A DNA stretch of 64,000 bases from Gammaproteobacteria bacterium (GTDB lineage: Bacteria; Pseudomonadota; Gammaproteobacteria; Eutrophobiales; Eutrophobiaceae), in NCBI GenBank assembly GCA_963422205.2, contig CAXMWX010000009.1:160001-224000 (forward strand), read 5' to 3'. A model generated the notes under the pieces. It was not told where the DNA came from and did no database searches. It saw only the letters and a program-made list of their open reading frames with translations. Of the stretch, positions 18,014-28,316 are shown in pieces. How positions within the stretch are numbered: the first letter of the stretch is position 1; the number at the start of each line of letters is the position of its first letter. A program made the position numbers and the translations under genes.

Positions 18014-18841
18014 TCAGCTGTTGCCTGCTTGTTGGGAAAGCTCGATCGAGCGATTGAGGGCGGCTGTTACTGCCTCTCGCAATAGCTGCTCCAGCCGGCC
18101 GTCCATCAATACCTGTAAAGCCCGCTCGGTGGTGCCGCCGGGCGAGGTCACCTGGGCGCGCAATGCTGCCGGTGTTTGCCCTGCCTGGCTGACCATAGTC
18201 GCCGCGCCCAGGGCGGTTTGTGTCGTCAGCGCCCTGGCGTTGGCCGCATCCAGCCCCAATTCACGGGCGATTTTCTCCAGCAGTTCGATATAAAAAAAGA
18301 AATACGCTGGCCCGGTGCCCGAGACCGCCGTCACCGCATCAAGCAACTCTTCCTGTTCCAGCCACACGGCAAGCCCCACCGACTCCATAATAAAATTGGC
18401 CCGTTGTTTTTGCTGCTCGCTGACATGGGCATTGGCGAACAGGGCGGCGGCGCCTTGTTGCAGCAGCGAGGGGGTGTTCGGCATCACCCGGACAATGGCC
18501 GCTTCGGGATACAGCCCGGCGGCGATGGCAGCCGTTTTGATGCCAGCGGCAACGGAGATGAACAGCGGCATGGTGGCGGTGAACAGGTCTTGCAGTTGTG
18601 CCAGCGTGGTGGACATCATTTGCGGTTTGACCGCCAGGATAACCACCATGCACTCGGACAGGGTGGCATCGGTCTCGGCCGATACGTGAATGCCCAAGCG
18701 CGCGGCGGCCTGCCGTTGCTCCCCGGCCGGGTCTATGCCGTAGATGAGATCAGCCGGATAACCATTGGCGATCAGCCCGCCTATCAGGCTGTGCCCCATG
18801 TTACCGCAACCGATAACAGCAATTTTTCCCTGCTGGTTCAT
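18014..18841 (-). CDS. proC: Pyrroline-5-carboxylate reductase
   Basis: IGCGNMG, LAVKPQ, RVMPNTP, TAVSGTGPAY, VTSPGGTT. Confidence 0.97.
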   Translation of the reverse strand: MNQQGKIAVIGCGNMGHSLIGGLIANGYPADLIYGIDPAGEQRQAAARLGIHVSAETDATLSECMVVILAVKPQMMSTTLAQLQDLFTATMPLFISVAAGIKTAAIAAGLYPEAAIVRVMPNTPSLLQQGAAALFANAHVSEQQKQRANFIMESVGLAVWLEQEELLDAVTAVSGTGPAYFFFYIELLEKIARELGLDAANARALTTQTALGAATMVSQAGQTPAALRAQVTSPGGTTERALQVLMDGRLEQLLREAVTAALNRSIELSQQAGNS

Positions 18842-18880
18842 GAACTTTTATGCAGATTATAACAAGATGCCGCCGACAGG

Positions 18881-19564
18881 CTAGTCCCTCGGCCCGAACA
18901 GGGCAGTACCGATACGCACCATCGTCGCCCCTTCAGCGATAGCGGCCTCCAGGTCGTGGCTGGTACCCATCGACAGAGTATCTACCGCATGGCCGGCGGC
19001 TTGCAGCTCTGCATACAATTCCCGCAATCGGGCGAAGGCCCGGCGCTGGCGGGCGAGATCATCGGTCGGTGCGGGCAGGGCCATCAGCCCGCGCAGCCGT
19101 ACGCCCGGCAAGGGACTGATGCTGGCCGCCAATGAGGCAATCTTGTCGGCATCCGCCCCCGATTTACTGGCTTCACCGCTGATATTGACTTGCAGGCAAA
19201 TATTCAAGGCAGCCTGCCCGGGCGCCCTGGCCTGGCTCAGGCGGCGGGCGATTTTTTCCCGATCAACACTGTGAACCCAGTCAAACAAGCGGGCTATCGG
19301 GCCGGTCTTGTTGGCCTGCACCGGCCCGATAAAGTGCCAGTTCAGCCGCTCATCGGCCAGGGCGGCGATCTTGCCAGCCGCCTCCTGTAAGTAATTTTCG
19401 GCAAAATCCTGTTGTCCACAGTCAATGAGCTGCTGTAACTCTTGAAGCTGGCGTGTTTTGCTGACGGCAATCAGCCTGACACTGTGCCGGGGGCGGCCAA
19501 ATCGCTGTTCTGCCGAGGCAATTTCATCTTTGATAGCCTGATAGGCGGCCTGAATATTTTTCAT
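18881..19564 (-). CDS. yggS: PLP homeostasis protein
   Basis: LIAVSKT, ENYLQE, WHFIGPVQANK, LSMGTS, VRIGTALFG. Confidence 0.96.
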   Translation of the reverse strand: MKNIQAAYQAIKDEIASAEQRFGRPRHSVRLIAVSKTRQLQELQQLIDCGQQDFAENYLQEAAGKIAALADERLNWHFIGPVQANKTGPIARLFDWVHSVDREKIARRLSQARAPGQAALNICLQVNISGEASKSGADADKIASLAASISPLPGVRLRGLMALPAPTDDLARQRRAFARLRELYAELQAAGHAVDTLSMGTSHDLEAAIAEGATMVRIGTALFGPRD

Positions 19565-19719
19565 GATCGGGTAGTCTGTGGCAAAATAAGGCCGGTAACA
19601 TGTACGCCTGATTTACGGTTTGCTGGTATGATACCAGTATCCCCATGCAGCATGACACTTGTCATTAACGCAAACTACAATAGACTTTAGTCAAATTTAT
19701 AACTTGCTGGAGGTTATAT

Positions 19720-20754
19720 ATGGATATCGGTGAATTGCTCGCCTTTGGCGTGAAAAACGGCTGCTCGGATTTACATCTGTCAGCAGGTATGCCGCCCATG
19801 ATGCGGATTGATGGCAACATGAAAAAAATCAATGCCCCGCCCATGGATCACAAAGCAGTGCATGATCTGGTGTACGACATCATGAATGACAAGCAGCGCA
19901 AGGATTATGAGGAATTTCTGGAATGTGACTTCTCTTTTGAGGTGCCTGATCTGGCCCGTTTTCGTGTGAATGCGGCGAATCAGAACCGCGGCTCGTTTGC
20001 CGTGTTTCGGACAATCCCCTCAGAAATCCTGTCGCTGGAGACGCTGAACGCCCCGTCCATCTTCAAAGACATCTCCGAGTATCCCCGTGGCGTGGTGCTG
20101 GTGACCGGGCCCACCGGCTCAGGTAAATCAACCACGCTGGCGGCCATGATTAATTACAAAAATGAGACCGAGCGCGGCCATATCCTCACCCTGGAAGACC
20201 CGATTGAGTTTGTCCATCAAAGCAAAAAATGCCTGATCAACCAGCGGGAAATTCATCGTGACACACTGGGGTTTTCCGAGGCACTGCGCTCGGCCTTGAG
20301 GGAAGACCCGGATGTCATTTTAGTGGGCGAGATGCGTGATCTGGAGACTATCCGGCTGGCCCTGGAAGCGGCCGAGACCGGCCACGTTGTCTTTGGCACC
20401 CTGCACACCAGTTCCGCCGCCAAGACCATTGATCGGATTGTGGATGTCTTCCCGGCGGCGGAGAAAGACATGGTGCGGGCGATGATGTCCGAATCGTTGC
20501 GTGCCGTGATCTCACAGACATTACTACGCAAGAAGGGCGGTGGTCGTGTGGCTGCCCATGAGATTATGATCGGCACCCCCGCCATCAGAAACCTGATCCG
20601 TGAAAACAAGATTGCACAGATGTACTCAGCTATTCAAACCGGCCAGTCGTTTGGTATGCAGACCCTGGATCAGAACCTGCAAGCGCTGGTACAAAAGGGC
20701 CTGGTTGACCGGGAAGAGGCACGCTCAAAGGCCGCCAATAAAGATAACTTCTAA
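19720..20754 (+). CDS. pilT: Type IV pilus retraction ATPase PilT
   Basis: GPTGSGKST, LREDPDVILVGEMRD, TLHT, AIRNLIRE motif. Confidence 0.98.
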   Translation: MDIGELLAFGVKNGCSDLHLSAGMPPMMRIDGNMKKINAPPMDHKAVHDLVYDIMNDKQRKDYEEFLECDFSFEVPDLARFRVNAANQNRGSFAVFRTIPSEILSLETLNAPSIFKDISEYPRGVVLVTGPTGSGKSTTLAAMINYKNETERGHILTLEDPIEFVHQSKKCLINQREIHRDTLGFSEALRSALREDPDVILVGEMRDLETIRLALEAAETGHVVFGTLHTSSAAKTIDRIVDVFPAAEKDMVRAMMSESLRAVISQTLLRKKGGGRVAAHEIMIGTPAIRNLIRENKIAQMYSAIQTGQSFGMQTLDQNLQALVQKGLVDREEARSKAANKDNF

Positions 20755-20792
20755 CTTATCAATGCAGCATTTACCTGTGGAGTAAGCACGCT

Positions 20793-21956
20793 ATGGAGAG
20801 AGAACAAGCGATAAAATTCATGCGCGATTTATTAAAGCTCATGATCGATAAAAAAGGCTCGGATTTATTCATCACCGTCGGTTTCCCCCCCGCCATGAAG
20901 ATACAGGGCAAGATGACGCCGGTATCCAAAACAGCACTGACGGCGGACAATACCAAGGCCATGTGTTATGCCATCATGAACGACCGGCAGCTAAAAGAAT
21001 TTGAAGCCACCAAGGAATGCAACTTTGCTGTTGCGCCCACCGGCATCGGACGTTTCCGTGCCAATGCCTTTGTGCAGCAGAGTTTTTGTGGCATGGTGCT
21101 GCGGGTGATTGAAACCGAAGTGCCGAACATTGACAAGCTGAAGCTGCCGGAGGTGTTAAAAGAGGTGGTGATGACCAAGAACGGGCTGATCATCATGGTC
21201 GGCGGCACCGGCTCTGGCAAGTCGACCTCGCTGGCCGCCATGATCGACTACCGTAACCAGAACAGTCACGGCCATATCATCACCATTGAAGACCCCATTG
21301 AGTATGTTCATCCGCACAAGAATTGCGTCATCATGCAGCGCGAAGTGGGGGTGGATACCGATGACTGGGAAATCGCCCTGAAAAATACCTTGCGCCAGTC
21401 GCCGGATGTGATCCTGCTGGGTGAGATTCGCGATCGGGAGACCATGGAGTTTGGCATCGCCTTTGCCGAGACCGGCCACCTGGCGATGGCCACCTTGCAC
21501 GCCAACAGCTCAAACCAGGCGCTGGATCGCATCATCAACTTCTTCCCCGAAGAGCGCAAGGCGCAGCTGCTGATGGATCTCTCGCTGAACTTAAAATCAG
21601 TGATCTCACAGCGCCTGTTGCGTACCCCGGATGGCAAGGGCCGGGTGGCGGCGATCGAGATCCTGCTCAACTCGCCATTGATATCTGATTTGATCCTGAA
21701 AGGCGATGTACACGAGGTCAAGAGCATCATGGGCAAGTCCAACGAATTAGGCATGAAGACCTTTGATCAGGCGCTGTTTGACCTGTACGAAGCCGACCGG
21801 ATTGGCTATGAGGAAGCCTTACGCAGTGCAGACTCCATGAACGAGTTGCGCCTTCGTATCAAGCTGGAAGGCAAGGCGGCGAAAAGCAAAGGGGCGATGG
21901 ACGGGCTGGATCACTTGAGCCTGAAAGAAGACGAAGAAGATGCGGGCATGATGTAG
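20793..21956 (+). CDS. pilU: Twitching motility ATPase PilU
   Basis: SDLFITVG, GGTGSGKSTSLAAM, QREVGVDT, GMKTFDQALF. Confidence 0.95.
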   Translation: MEREQAIKFMRDLLKLMIDKKGSDLFITVGFPPAMKIQGKMTPVSKTALTADNTKAMCYAIMNDRQLKEFEATKECNFAVAPTGIGRFRANAFVQQSFCGMVLRVIETEVPNIDKLKLPEVLKEVVMTKNGLIIMVGGTGSGKSTSLAAMIDYRNQNSHGHIITIEDPIEYVHPHKNCVIMQREVGVDTDDWEIALKNTLRQSPDVILLGEIRDRETMEFGIAFAETGHLAMATLHANSSNQALDRIINFFPEERKAQLLMDLSLNLKSVISQRLLRTPDGKGRVAAIEILLNSPLISDLILKGDVHEVKSIMGKSNELGMKTFDQALFDLYEADRIGYEEALRSADSMNELRLRIKLEGKAAKSKGAMDGLDHLSLKEDEEDAGMM

Positions 21957-22018
21957 TCGTGGCAGGGGCTGTTGCTGTTAAAAAACCGAGATAAAGAGCA
22001 AATGGGGTTTGCATTGTA

Positions 22019-23077
22019 ATGGATATTATGCCGTATCTAAAACTGATGATTGACAGGGGCGCATCGGATCTGTTCTTCACCACCAATTCACCCGTGAAGA
22101 TCAAAATGGAGGGGAAGATCAGCAATGTCGGCAGAACGGTACTGCGTGGCGAACTCACCAGGGCCGCCGCCTATGGCATCATGAATAAAAGCCAGATCAG
22201 CAAGTTTGAAGAAACCAATGATGTGGATTTTGCCATTGCCATGCCCGATGGTTCCGGGCGGTTTCGGGTGAATGTGTTCAGGCAGCGCGGTGAGCCGGGC
22301 ATGGTGCTGCGCCGTATCCCCTCAGAAATCCCCACCATTGAACAACTGGCCGTGCCCGAGGTGTTAAAAGACCTGATCAATCACAAGCGTGGCCTGATCC
22401 TGATGGTCGGTGCTACCGGCTCCGGTAAATCAACCACCCTGGCCGCCATGATGAACCACCGCAATGAAACCCAGGCCGGGCATATCCTCACCATTGAGGA
22501 TCCGGTGGAGTTCTCGCACCCGAATCTGAGGTCGATCATCAACCAGCGAGAGGTTGGCGTGGACACCGAATCTTATCGAACCGCACTGAAGGCATCGCTG
22601 CGCGAGGCCCCTGATGTCATATTGATTGGCGAGATTCGTGAGCGCGAGACCATGGAAGCGGCGCTGGAGTTGGCTAATACCGGCCATCTGGCCATCTCCA
22701 CCCTGCACGCCAATAACGCTAATCAGGCGATGGAGCGGGTGATCAATATGTTCCCGTCTGAGTTGCACAAGCAGTTGTTCATGGATTTGTCGCTGAATAT
22801 TCAAGCCGTGATTTCACAACGTCTGGTCATCGGTGTGGATGGCAAGCGCTGTGCCGCCATTGAAATCTTGATCAACACACCACACATCGCTGACTTGATC
22901 CTCAAAGGTCAGCTGGATGAGATCAAGGAAGCGATGGCCGAGAGTGGTCAGCGCGGTATGCAGACCTTCGATATGGCCTTGCATGACCTGTACAGAGAGG
23001 GGCGGATTGAACTGGAAGAGGCGCTGAATAATGCCGACTCCCGAACCAACCTGGAAGCCAAGATCAATTTTGGCTAG
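22019..23077 (+). CDS. Second PilU-like ATPase
   Basis: GATGSGKSTTLAAM, LREAPDVILIGEIR, GMQTFD. Confidence 0.92.
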   Translation: MDIMPYLKLMIDRGASDLFFTTNSPVKIKMEGKISNVGRTVLRGELTRAAAYGIMNKSQISKFEETNDVDFAIAMPDGSGRFRVNVFRQRGEPGMVLRRIPSEIPTIEQLAVPEVLKDLINHKRGLILMVGATGSGKSTTLAAMMNHRNETQAGHILTIEDPVEFSHPNLRSIINQREVGVDTESYRTALKASLREAPDVILIGEIRERETMEAALELANTGHLAISTLHANNANQAMERVINMFPSELHKQLFMDLSLNIQAVISQRLVIGVDGKRCAAIEILINTPHIADLILKGQLDEIKEAMAESGQRGMQTFDMALHDLYREGRIELEEALNNADSRTNLEAKINFG

Positions 23078-23146
23078 TGTTGTTAGCCCCTGCCCGCCGC
23101 CTCAAAATAAACCACGGATGAGCAGCGATTGCCCGATGAGATAAAA

Positions 23147-23174
23147 GGCAAGTGTTAATCGGCAAGTGTTAATC
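23147..23174. repeat. Perfect 14-bp tandem duplication
   Basis: GGCAAGTGTTAATC twice in direct succession. Confidence 0.9.
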
Positions 23175-23213
23175 GCCTGTACCATCGAGGGCTGACGATA
23201 AAAAAAGCACCAT

Positions 23214-23239
23214 AAAAAAGGGGCGTTGACGCCCCTTTT
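23214..23239. terminator. Intrinsic terminator for pqqA, probably bidirectional
   Basis: AAAAAAGGGGCG-TTGA-CGCCCCTTTT hairpin; U6 tail on the minus strand. Confidence 0.85.
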
Positions 23240-23257
23240 CTGGCTAAGAGAAGGCTC

Positions 23258-23332
23258 TTATTTGTTGTTGATGTACATGGTGACTTCAAAGCCGAAGCGA
23301 ATGTCATTGTACTGTGGTGTATCCCATTTCAT
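23258..23332 (-). CDS. pqqA: PQQ precursor peptide, MKWDTPQYNDIRFGFEVTMYINNK
   Basis: 24 aa with the E-x-x-x-Y core (EVTMY) and RFGFE; AGAGG RBS upstream; terminator downstream; below the ORF-track cutoff. Confidence 0.95.
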   Translation of the reverse strand: MKWDTPQYNDIRFGFEVTMYINNK

Positions 23333-23472
23333 GATCGTATCCTCTTACAGGTTGAGTGAATTGATGGTTAAAACCTCTGCTGCTACGCTCTGAACATATT
23401 GCATAGACCATGCCATGTTTGCCGGACAATCAATTTTTCCGGCAAATAGTTTTATAAAACAATCGCTTAAAC

Positions 23473-24216
23473 TCATGCAGAAACCAAGGTGGGCGATAGC
23501 GTGTTATTTTCCCTTCGATGATTGGCTACAGAGAACCGGGGATGCTGGCTACTGACAGCCAGACAACGGTATAACTGCTGGCCGCTGGCGGCATACTTGC
23601 ACTCAAACGGGCTGAGGAAAGGCGGTGCGGGCGTCATCGTTGCCATCTCGGTCACATAGTCAGTGTAATGTCTGAAGCTGGCAATAAATTCGCTGGCATA
23701 GAGCGCCCAGTTGCAGCGTAACTCAATCTTGCCGCCAAGCTGTATGATCCAGGGGAATACAGCATGGGCATACCAGCGCCGCTGAACGTGCCGGGCCTTG
23801 GGCCAGGGATTGGGATAAAGGAAATACTGCTGCTCTGCCTGCCACGTATGGCTTACCGCCAGCGGATAGAAATCTTCCAGCTTCATGCAGAGCAGCACAC
23901 AATTATCCTGCCAGATGAGATCGCCCTGCAACCCGGCACGGGCGAGCCGGTGAGCCGACTTGTCAATCCCGATGACCCAGTGATCGGGATAGCGGCGAGC
24001 CAGCATCCGGCTGCTGACCCCTGTGCCACAGCCGGCATCAATAATCACCGGCGCCGACTGCCCTGCCAGGATCTGTGCCAGCCTGGCAAAACACGCCCTG
24101 GTGCGCGCCGTGACCGGACGCCGCACCGGCTGCTGCTGGTGTTTACCGACCAGCAGGTGCAACCGGGGATGCAGGCACTGCTGATCGCTGATCACCGTGC
24201 GTGAATTAGCGAACAT
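23473..24216 (-). CDS. TrmB-like SAM-dependent methyltransferase
   Basis: IDAGCGTG, VIGIDKS, LYPNPWPK, RRWYAH, LSPFECKY; start at MFANSR. Confidence 0.8.
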   Translation of the reverse strand: MFANSRTVISDQQCLHPRLHLLVGKHQQQPVRRPVTARTRACFARLAQILAGQSAPVIIDAGCGTGVSSRMLARRYPDHWVIGIDKSAHRLARAGLQGDLIWQDNCVLLCMKLEDFYPLAVSHTWQAEQQYFLYPNPWPKARHVQRRWYAHAVFPWIIQLGGKIELRCNWALYASEFIASFRHYTDYVTEMATMTPAPPFLSPFECKYAASGQQLYRCLAVSSQHPRFSVANHRRENNTLSPTLVSA

Positions 24217-25108
24217 CGCCTTGCCCTGAAGCCGTGGCAGGGAATACCTGGCTGGCCGCAAACACTGGCCCGTCAACACAGACGCGCTGCATTTCGCTTA
24301 ATCGGCCCTCATCGTAGATGGGAACAGTGCAGCCAGCACACCCGCCCACGGCGCAGGCCATGTACTCTTCCAGTGATACCTGGCAGGGCAGGGCATACGC
24401 CTCGGCCAGTGCCGCTACAGCTTTTAGCATGGGGGTGGGGCCGCAACTGAAGATCTCCACTTGTCGCCGTTCGTCGGCCGTCAGGCCAGCCAGCCAAATG
24501 TCGGCCAGCTCGGTCACATAGCCGTTAAAGCAGCCGGTGTAGTCGTTCAGGCTGGTCAGGCGGCTGGCGATGCCCCAGTCCTCCATTAACGGCATACAGG
24601 CAATCACCTCAGCCGGCAGCTGCCCGATCATGATTTGTGAAGGCTTGGGGATGAACGGAAACGGCACTTCTGATCCCATGATCACCAGCGGGGCCAGGGC
24701 GGGCATGAAGGTACGCAGATGCTCCGCCAGAAAGATCATCGGCGGAATGCCCACCCCACCGCCAATCAACAAAGGCCGCGCCTGATAGCCTGCCAGCTTG
24801 AACGGCCTGCCGATCGGCCCGAGGATGCTTAACCGATCACCAACGGCCTGCTGTGCCAGTAACCCACTGCCAAGGCCCTGCACCTTGTAGAGTATGTCAA
24901 TCCAGCCCTGTTCAGCATTCGCCCGCATGATCGACATGGGGCGGCGCATGGGCAGGCTGGCATGACAGCGGATGTGGACAAAATTGCCCGGCAGGGCGCG
25001 GGCGGCTATCTGTGGTGCCTGCAAACGCATCAGGTATTGCCCCGCCGCCAGGCTATCGTGCTGTAGCACTGGCGCCTCTTCCAGCAGGATGGTATCACGC
25101 CGGGGCAT
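24206..25108 (-). CDS. pyrK: Dihydroorotate dehydrogenase electron-transfer subunit
   Basis: PGNFVH, RRPMS, GGGVGIPP, CGPTPM, EEYMACAVGGCAGC, RVCVDGPVF. Confidence 0.9.
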   Translation of the reverse strand: MPRRDTILLEEAPVLQHDSLAAGQYLMRLQAPQIAARALPGNFVHIRCHASLPMRRPMSIMRANAEQGWIDILYKVQGLGSGLLAQQAVGDRLSILGPIGRPFKLAGYQARPLLIGGGVGIPPMIFLAEHLRTFMPALAPLVIMGSEVPFPFIPKPSQIMIGQLPAEVIACMPLMEDWGIASRLTSLNDYTGCFNGYVTELADIWLAGLTADERRQVEIFSCGPTPMLKAVAALAEAYALPCQVSLEEYMACAVGGCAGCTVPIYDEGRLSEMQRVCVDGPVFAASQVFPATASGQGDVR

Positions 25109-26369
25109 GGACAAGCTCGCCATCAATGAAGGTATAATGCGCTCGGCCGGGCATCTCCCAACCACGAAAACAGGTGTTTTTCCCCCGGCTCTGCAAGGTG
25201 TCATTGTTCACCGTCCAGCCGGTATCGGCGAAGATAAACAGATCCGCCACCTCGCCCGCGGCAATCCGCCCGCGGTCAAGCGTGAGTATCCGTGCCGGAT
25301 TGCAGGTGATGGCGGCAATGCCCTGCCGGTAGCTTAACTGCTGCTGTTCAATCAGATTGATGGTCAACGGGATCAGCAAGTCAATCGCAGAAGCCCCCGG
25401 TGCGGTCTCGCCAAACGGCGCTGCCTTGGCATCGGCATCGTGCGGTTGATGGTCTGAGCAGATCGCCGCAATCGTACCATCGCCTACCCCGGCCAGCAGG
25501 GCGGTGCGATCGCTGCTGCAACGCAGTGGCGGCGCCAGATGACAGTCCGCATTGAAGCCATCCACGTCAATTTCAGTCAGGTACAGGTTGTTGATGCTCA
25601 CATCGGCGCTGACCGGCAGGCCCTGGCTGTGGGCAGCACGGAGCAGTTCAACGCTTTGCGCGCAACTCAGCTTGGAGAAATGCGCCCGCACGCCGGTTTG
25701 CTCAACCAGCATCAGGCATTGGCTGAGCGCAACTATCTCGGCGGTGGCGGGTATGCCGGGCAGCCCCAGCCGGGTGCTGATCTGTCCCTCGTGCATAAGC
25801 CCGTTGTTTCTCAGGCCCGGCTCTTCGGGCTGGATGAATACCGGCAGGTTGAAGCTCGCCGCATATTCGAACGCCCGCCGCATGATGTCCAGATTATCAA
25901 ACGCCCGGCGGGCATTGGACAAGGCGATGCAGCCGGCCTGTTTCAGTGCGGCAATCTCACTTAACTGCCGGCCTGACAAGCCCGAGGTCAAGGCCCCCAG
26001 GGGATAAATGCGACTGCCACCGGCCTGTGCGGCACGTTGATGGATCAACTCCACCACGGCGGCGGTGTCGATTACAGGCTGGGTGTGCGGCGTCAGCACC
26101 ACGCCAGTCACGCCCGCACTGGCCGCGGCATGCGATTCACTGGCAATCGTTGCCTTGTGTTCCTGACCGGGTTCACGAAAATCCGCCAGCAGATCAATCG
26201 CGCCCGGGCAGAGCAGACCGCCGCCCGCATCAATCTGCTGCTCGGCCTGAAAATCCGGCGCTGGCCCGGGCACAGAGACAATCCGGCCAGCCGCGATACA
26301 GACATCGCCAGTGCAATCAAGATCATCTGCCGGGCTGATGATGCGTGCATTGCTGATTCGGATACGCAT
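25095..26369 (-). CDS. pyrC: Dihydroorotase-like protein, probably the inactive PyrC' partner of ATCase
   Basis: DHOase fold (REPG, PPLR, SDHQPH), but the metal-binding HxH motif reads DLLAD. Confidence 0.9.
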   Translation of the reverse strand: MRIRISNARIISPADDLDCTGDVCIAAGRIVSVPGPAPDFQAEQQIDAGGGLLCPGAIDLLADFREPGQEHKATIASESHAAASAGVTGVVLTPHTQPVIDTAAVVELIHQRAAQAGGSRIYPLGALTSGLSGRQLSEIAALKQAGCIALSNARRAFDNLDIMRRAFEYAASFNLPVFIQPEEPGLRNNGLMHEGQISTRLGLPGIPATAEIVALSQCLMLVEQTGVRAHFSKLSCAQSVELLRAAHSQGLPVSADVSINNLYLTEIDVDGFNADCHLAPPLRCSSDRTALLAGVGDGTIAAICSDHQPHDADAKAAPFGETAPGASAIDLLIPLTINLIEQQQLSYRQGIAAITCNPARILTLDRGRIAAGEVADLFIFADTGWTVNNDTLQSRGKNTCFRGWEMPGRAHYTFIDGELVHAPA

Positions 26370-27340
26370 CAGGCGGGCACCTCGGTATGCACGCCCATTA
26401 TCATCGCCATCACGGCCATACGCACGGCGATGCCGTGACTGACCTGTTGCAAGATGACCGAGTGTGCGCTGTCGGCCACCTGTGAGTCAATTTCCACACC
26501 ACGATTGACCGGCCCGGGGTGCATCACGATGGCATCGGGCTTGGCCGCCTGCAATCTGCTCTTAGTCAGGCCGTAGCACTGAAAGTATTCCTGCTCGCCT
26601 GGCAGCAGCGCCGATTGCATGCGCTCCCGCTGCAATCGCAACATAATCACGACATCCACATCGGCCAGGCCATCGTTGAGATCATGACATGCCTTAACAC
26701 CAAGCGTTTCAATCTGCACCGGCAGCAGGGTCTTTGGGGCAATCACCCGAATATCGCTCACGCCCAGGATATTCAGCGCGTGAATCTCGGATCGGGCGAC
26801 CCTGGAATGGGCGATATCGCCAACAATGGCCACGCCGAGTGAGGCAAAGTCGGGCTTGTGCTGCCTGATAGTAAACATGTCCAGCATGGCCTGGGTGGGG
26901 TGGGCATGGCGGCCATCGCCGGCATTGATGACATGCACATCGGCGGCGACATGCCGGGCGATAAAGTGGGCGGCGCCGCTCTCGGCATGGCGGACGATGA
27001 ACATATCGCTGTGCATGGCTTGCAGCGTTCGCAGGGTATCCAGCAAGGATTCGCCTTTATGGGTGGCCGAGGTGGCGACATTCACGGTCAATACATCGGC
27101 AGATAAGCGTTTGGCCGCCAGTTCAAACGTGGTGCGGGTGCGGGTGCTGGGTTCAAAGAACAGGTTGACGATGGTCTTGCCACGTAACAGCGGCACTTTT
27201 TTTACCGCCCGCCCGGTGACATTGGCAAAGGATTCGGCGGTATTGAGTATGTCCAGGAGAATGTGGCGGGGCAGGGATTCTGTGGAGAGGAAATGTTGCA
27301 GTTTGCCGCTCTCATCCAGTTGACTGGTTAAATCCGTCAT
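26369..27340 (-). CDS. pyrB: Aspartate carbamoyltransferase catalytic subunit
   Basis: [26 protein letters not shown]. Confidence 0.98.
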   Translation of the reverse strand: MTDLTSQLDESGKLQHFLSTESLPRHILLDILNTAESFANVTGRAVKKVPLLRGKTIVNLFFEPSTRTRTTFELAAKRLSADVLTVNVATSATHKGESLLDTLRTLQAMHSDMFIVRHAESGAAHFIARHVAADVHVINAGDGRHAHPTQAMLDMFTIRQHKPDFASLGVAIVGDIAHSRVARSEIHALNILGVSDIRVIAPKTLLPVQIETLGVKACHDLNDGLADVDVVIMLRLQRERMQSALLPGEQEYFQCYGLTKSRLQAAKPDAIVMHPGPVNRGVEIDSQVADSAHSVILQQVSHGIAVRMAVMAMIMGVHTEVPA

Positions 27341-27846
27341 GCCGTTGCCGTCAACTCCAGCGTCAGGGGTGTCGGGCCACAGAGCTTCAGATGTTCACTG
27401 GGCTTGAGCCTTAGCGTTGCCGCAACGGCATCGGCCCTGACCGGCAGTTCATGGCCGCCACGGTCGATCAAGACGGCCAGCGTGATACTGGCCGGGCGAC
27501 CGTAATCAAACAACTCATTCATGGCGGCACGGACTGTGCGCCCGGTATGCAGCACATCGTCCACCAGAATCACATGCCGGTCTTCGATGGTGAACGGCAG
27601 CTCGGACGGGGTGACCCGGGGGTGCAGGCCGATGCGGCTGAAATCATCCCGATAAAAGGCGATATTCAGCCGGCCCAAGGGGGTTGGCAGTGCAAGATGC
27701 GTATGCAGGTGTTCAGCAATCCAGACGCCGCCCGTGTGGATGCCGACAATCACCGGATCGGTGCGCTGGTTTTGCTTTAGCAGGGCCTTCAGATCGCCTT
27801 GCAGCTTGCTGAGGCTGTGTTGTATGTCGATGTGGCCTGTGTCCAT
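27337..27846 (-). CDS. pyrR: Pyrimidine regulator/uracil phosphoribosyltransferase
   Basis: [24 protein letters not shown]. Confidence 0.96.
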   Translation of the reverse strand: MDTGHIDIQHSLSKLQGDLKALLKQNQRTDPVIVGIHTGGVWIAEHLHTHLALPTPLGRLNIAFYRDDFSRIGLHPRVTPSELPFTIEDRHVILVDDVLHTGRTVRAAMNELFDYGRPASITLAVLIDRGGHELPVRADAVAATLRLKPSEHLKLCGPTPLTLELTATA

Positions 27847-27911
27847 GCGTCAGTCTGACCGGTGAGTCTGCCCTGTCAACTTACGTATGCCAGGCCAGCA
27901 GCAGCGTAACA

Positions 27912-28316
27912 TCATCCCGTGGCGTGTTGTTGTGCAAGCCAGCCCTCCAGAATGATCTGGGCGGCAATATCATCACGTTTGTCCTTGCCGCCATGACGGC
28001 TGGCGGCTTCTCTGGAGCTAAGCCGTTCCTCGGCACGTGCAACGGTGAGCTTGAAGCGACCGGCCAACTGGCGGCTGAATCTGTCTGCCGCCTCAGTCAG
28101 GGGCTGGCGGCCATCCTGCATGGTCAGCGGGTCGCCGACAATCAGGGCCTGGGGTTGCCACTGTCTGATCAGGGCGTCGATGCGGTGCCAATCAGGGCGG
28201 TTATGACTGACAGCAACGGTGGCCAGCGGCGTGGCGGTGCCGGTGAGTGTCTGACCAACGGCAACACCAATCCGCTTCAATCCATAATCGAAACAGAGCA
28301 GTGTCGCTGGCCTCAC
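27912..28316 (-). CDS. yqgF: YqgF/RuvX pre-16S rRNA nuclease
   Basis: FDYGLKRIGVAVG, EERLSS, AAQIILE. Confidence 0.95.
   Translation of the reverse strand: MRPATLLCFDYGLKRIGVAVGQTLTGTATPLATVAVSHNRPDWHRIDALIRQWQPQALIVGDPLTMQDGRQPLTEAADRFSRQLAGRFKLTVARAEERLSSREAASRHGGKDKRDDIAAQIILEGWLAQQHATG

Noticed and set aside
23147-23174. 14-bp direct repeat as CRISPR or att site
   Set aside because: Only two adjacent copies, no spacers, cas genes or integrase; simple slippage duplication
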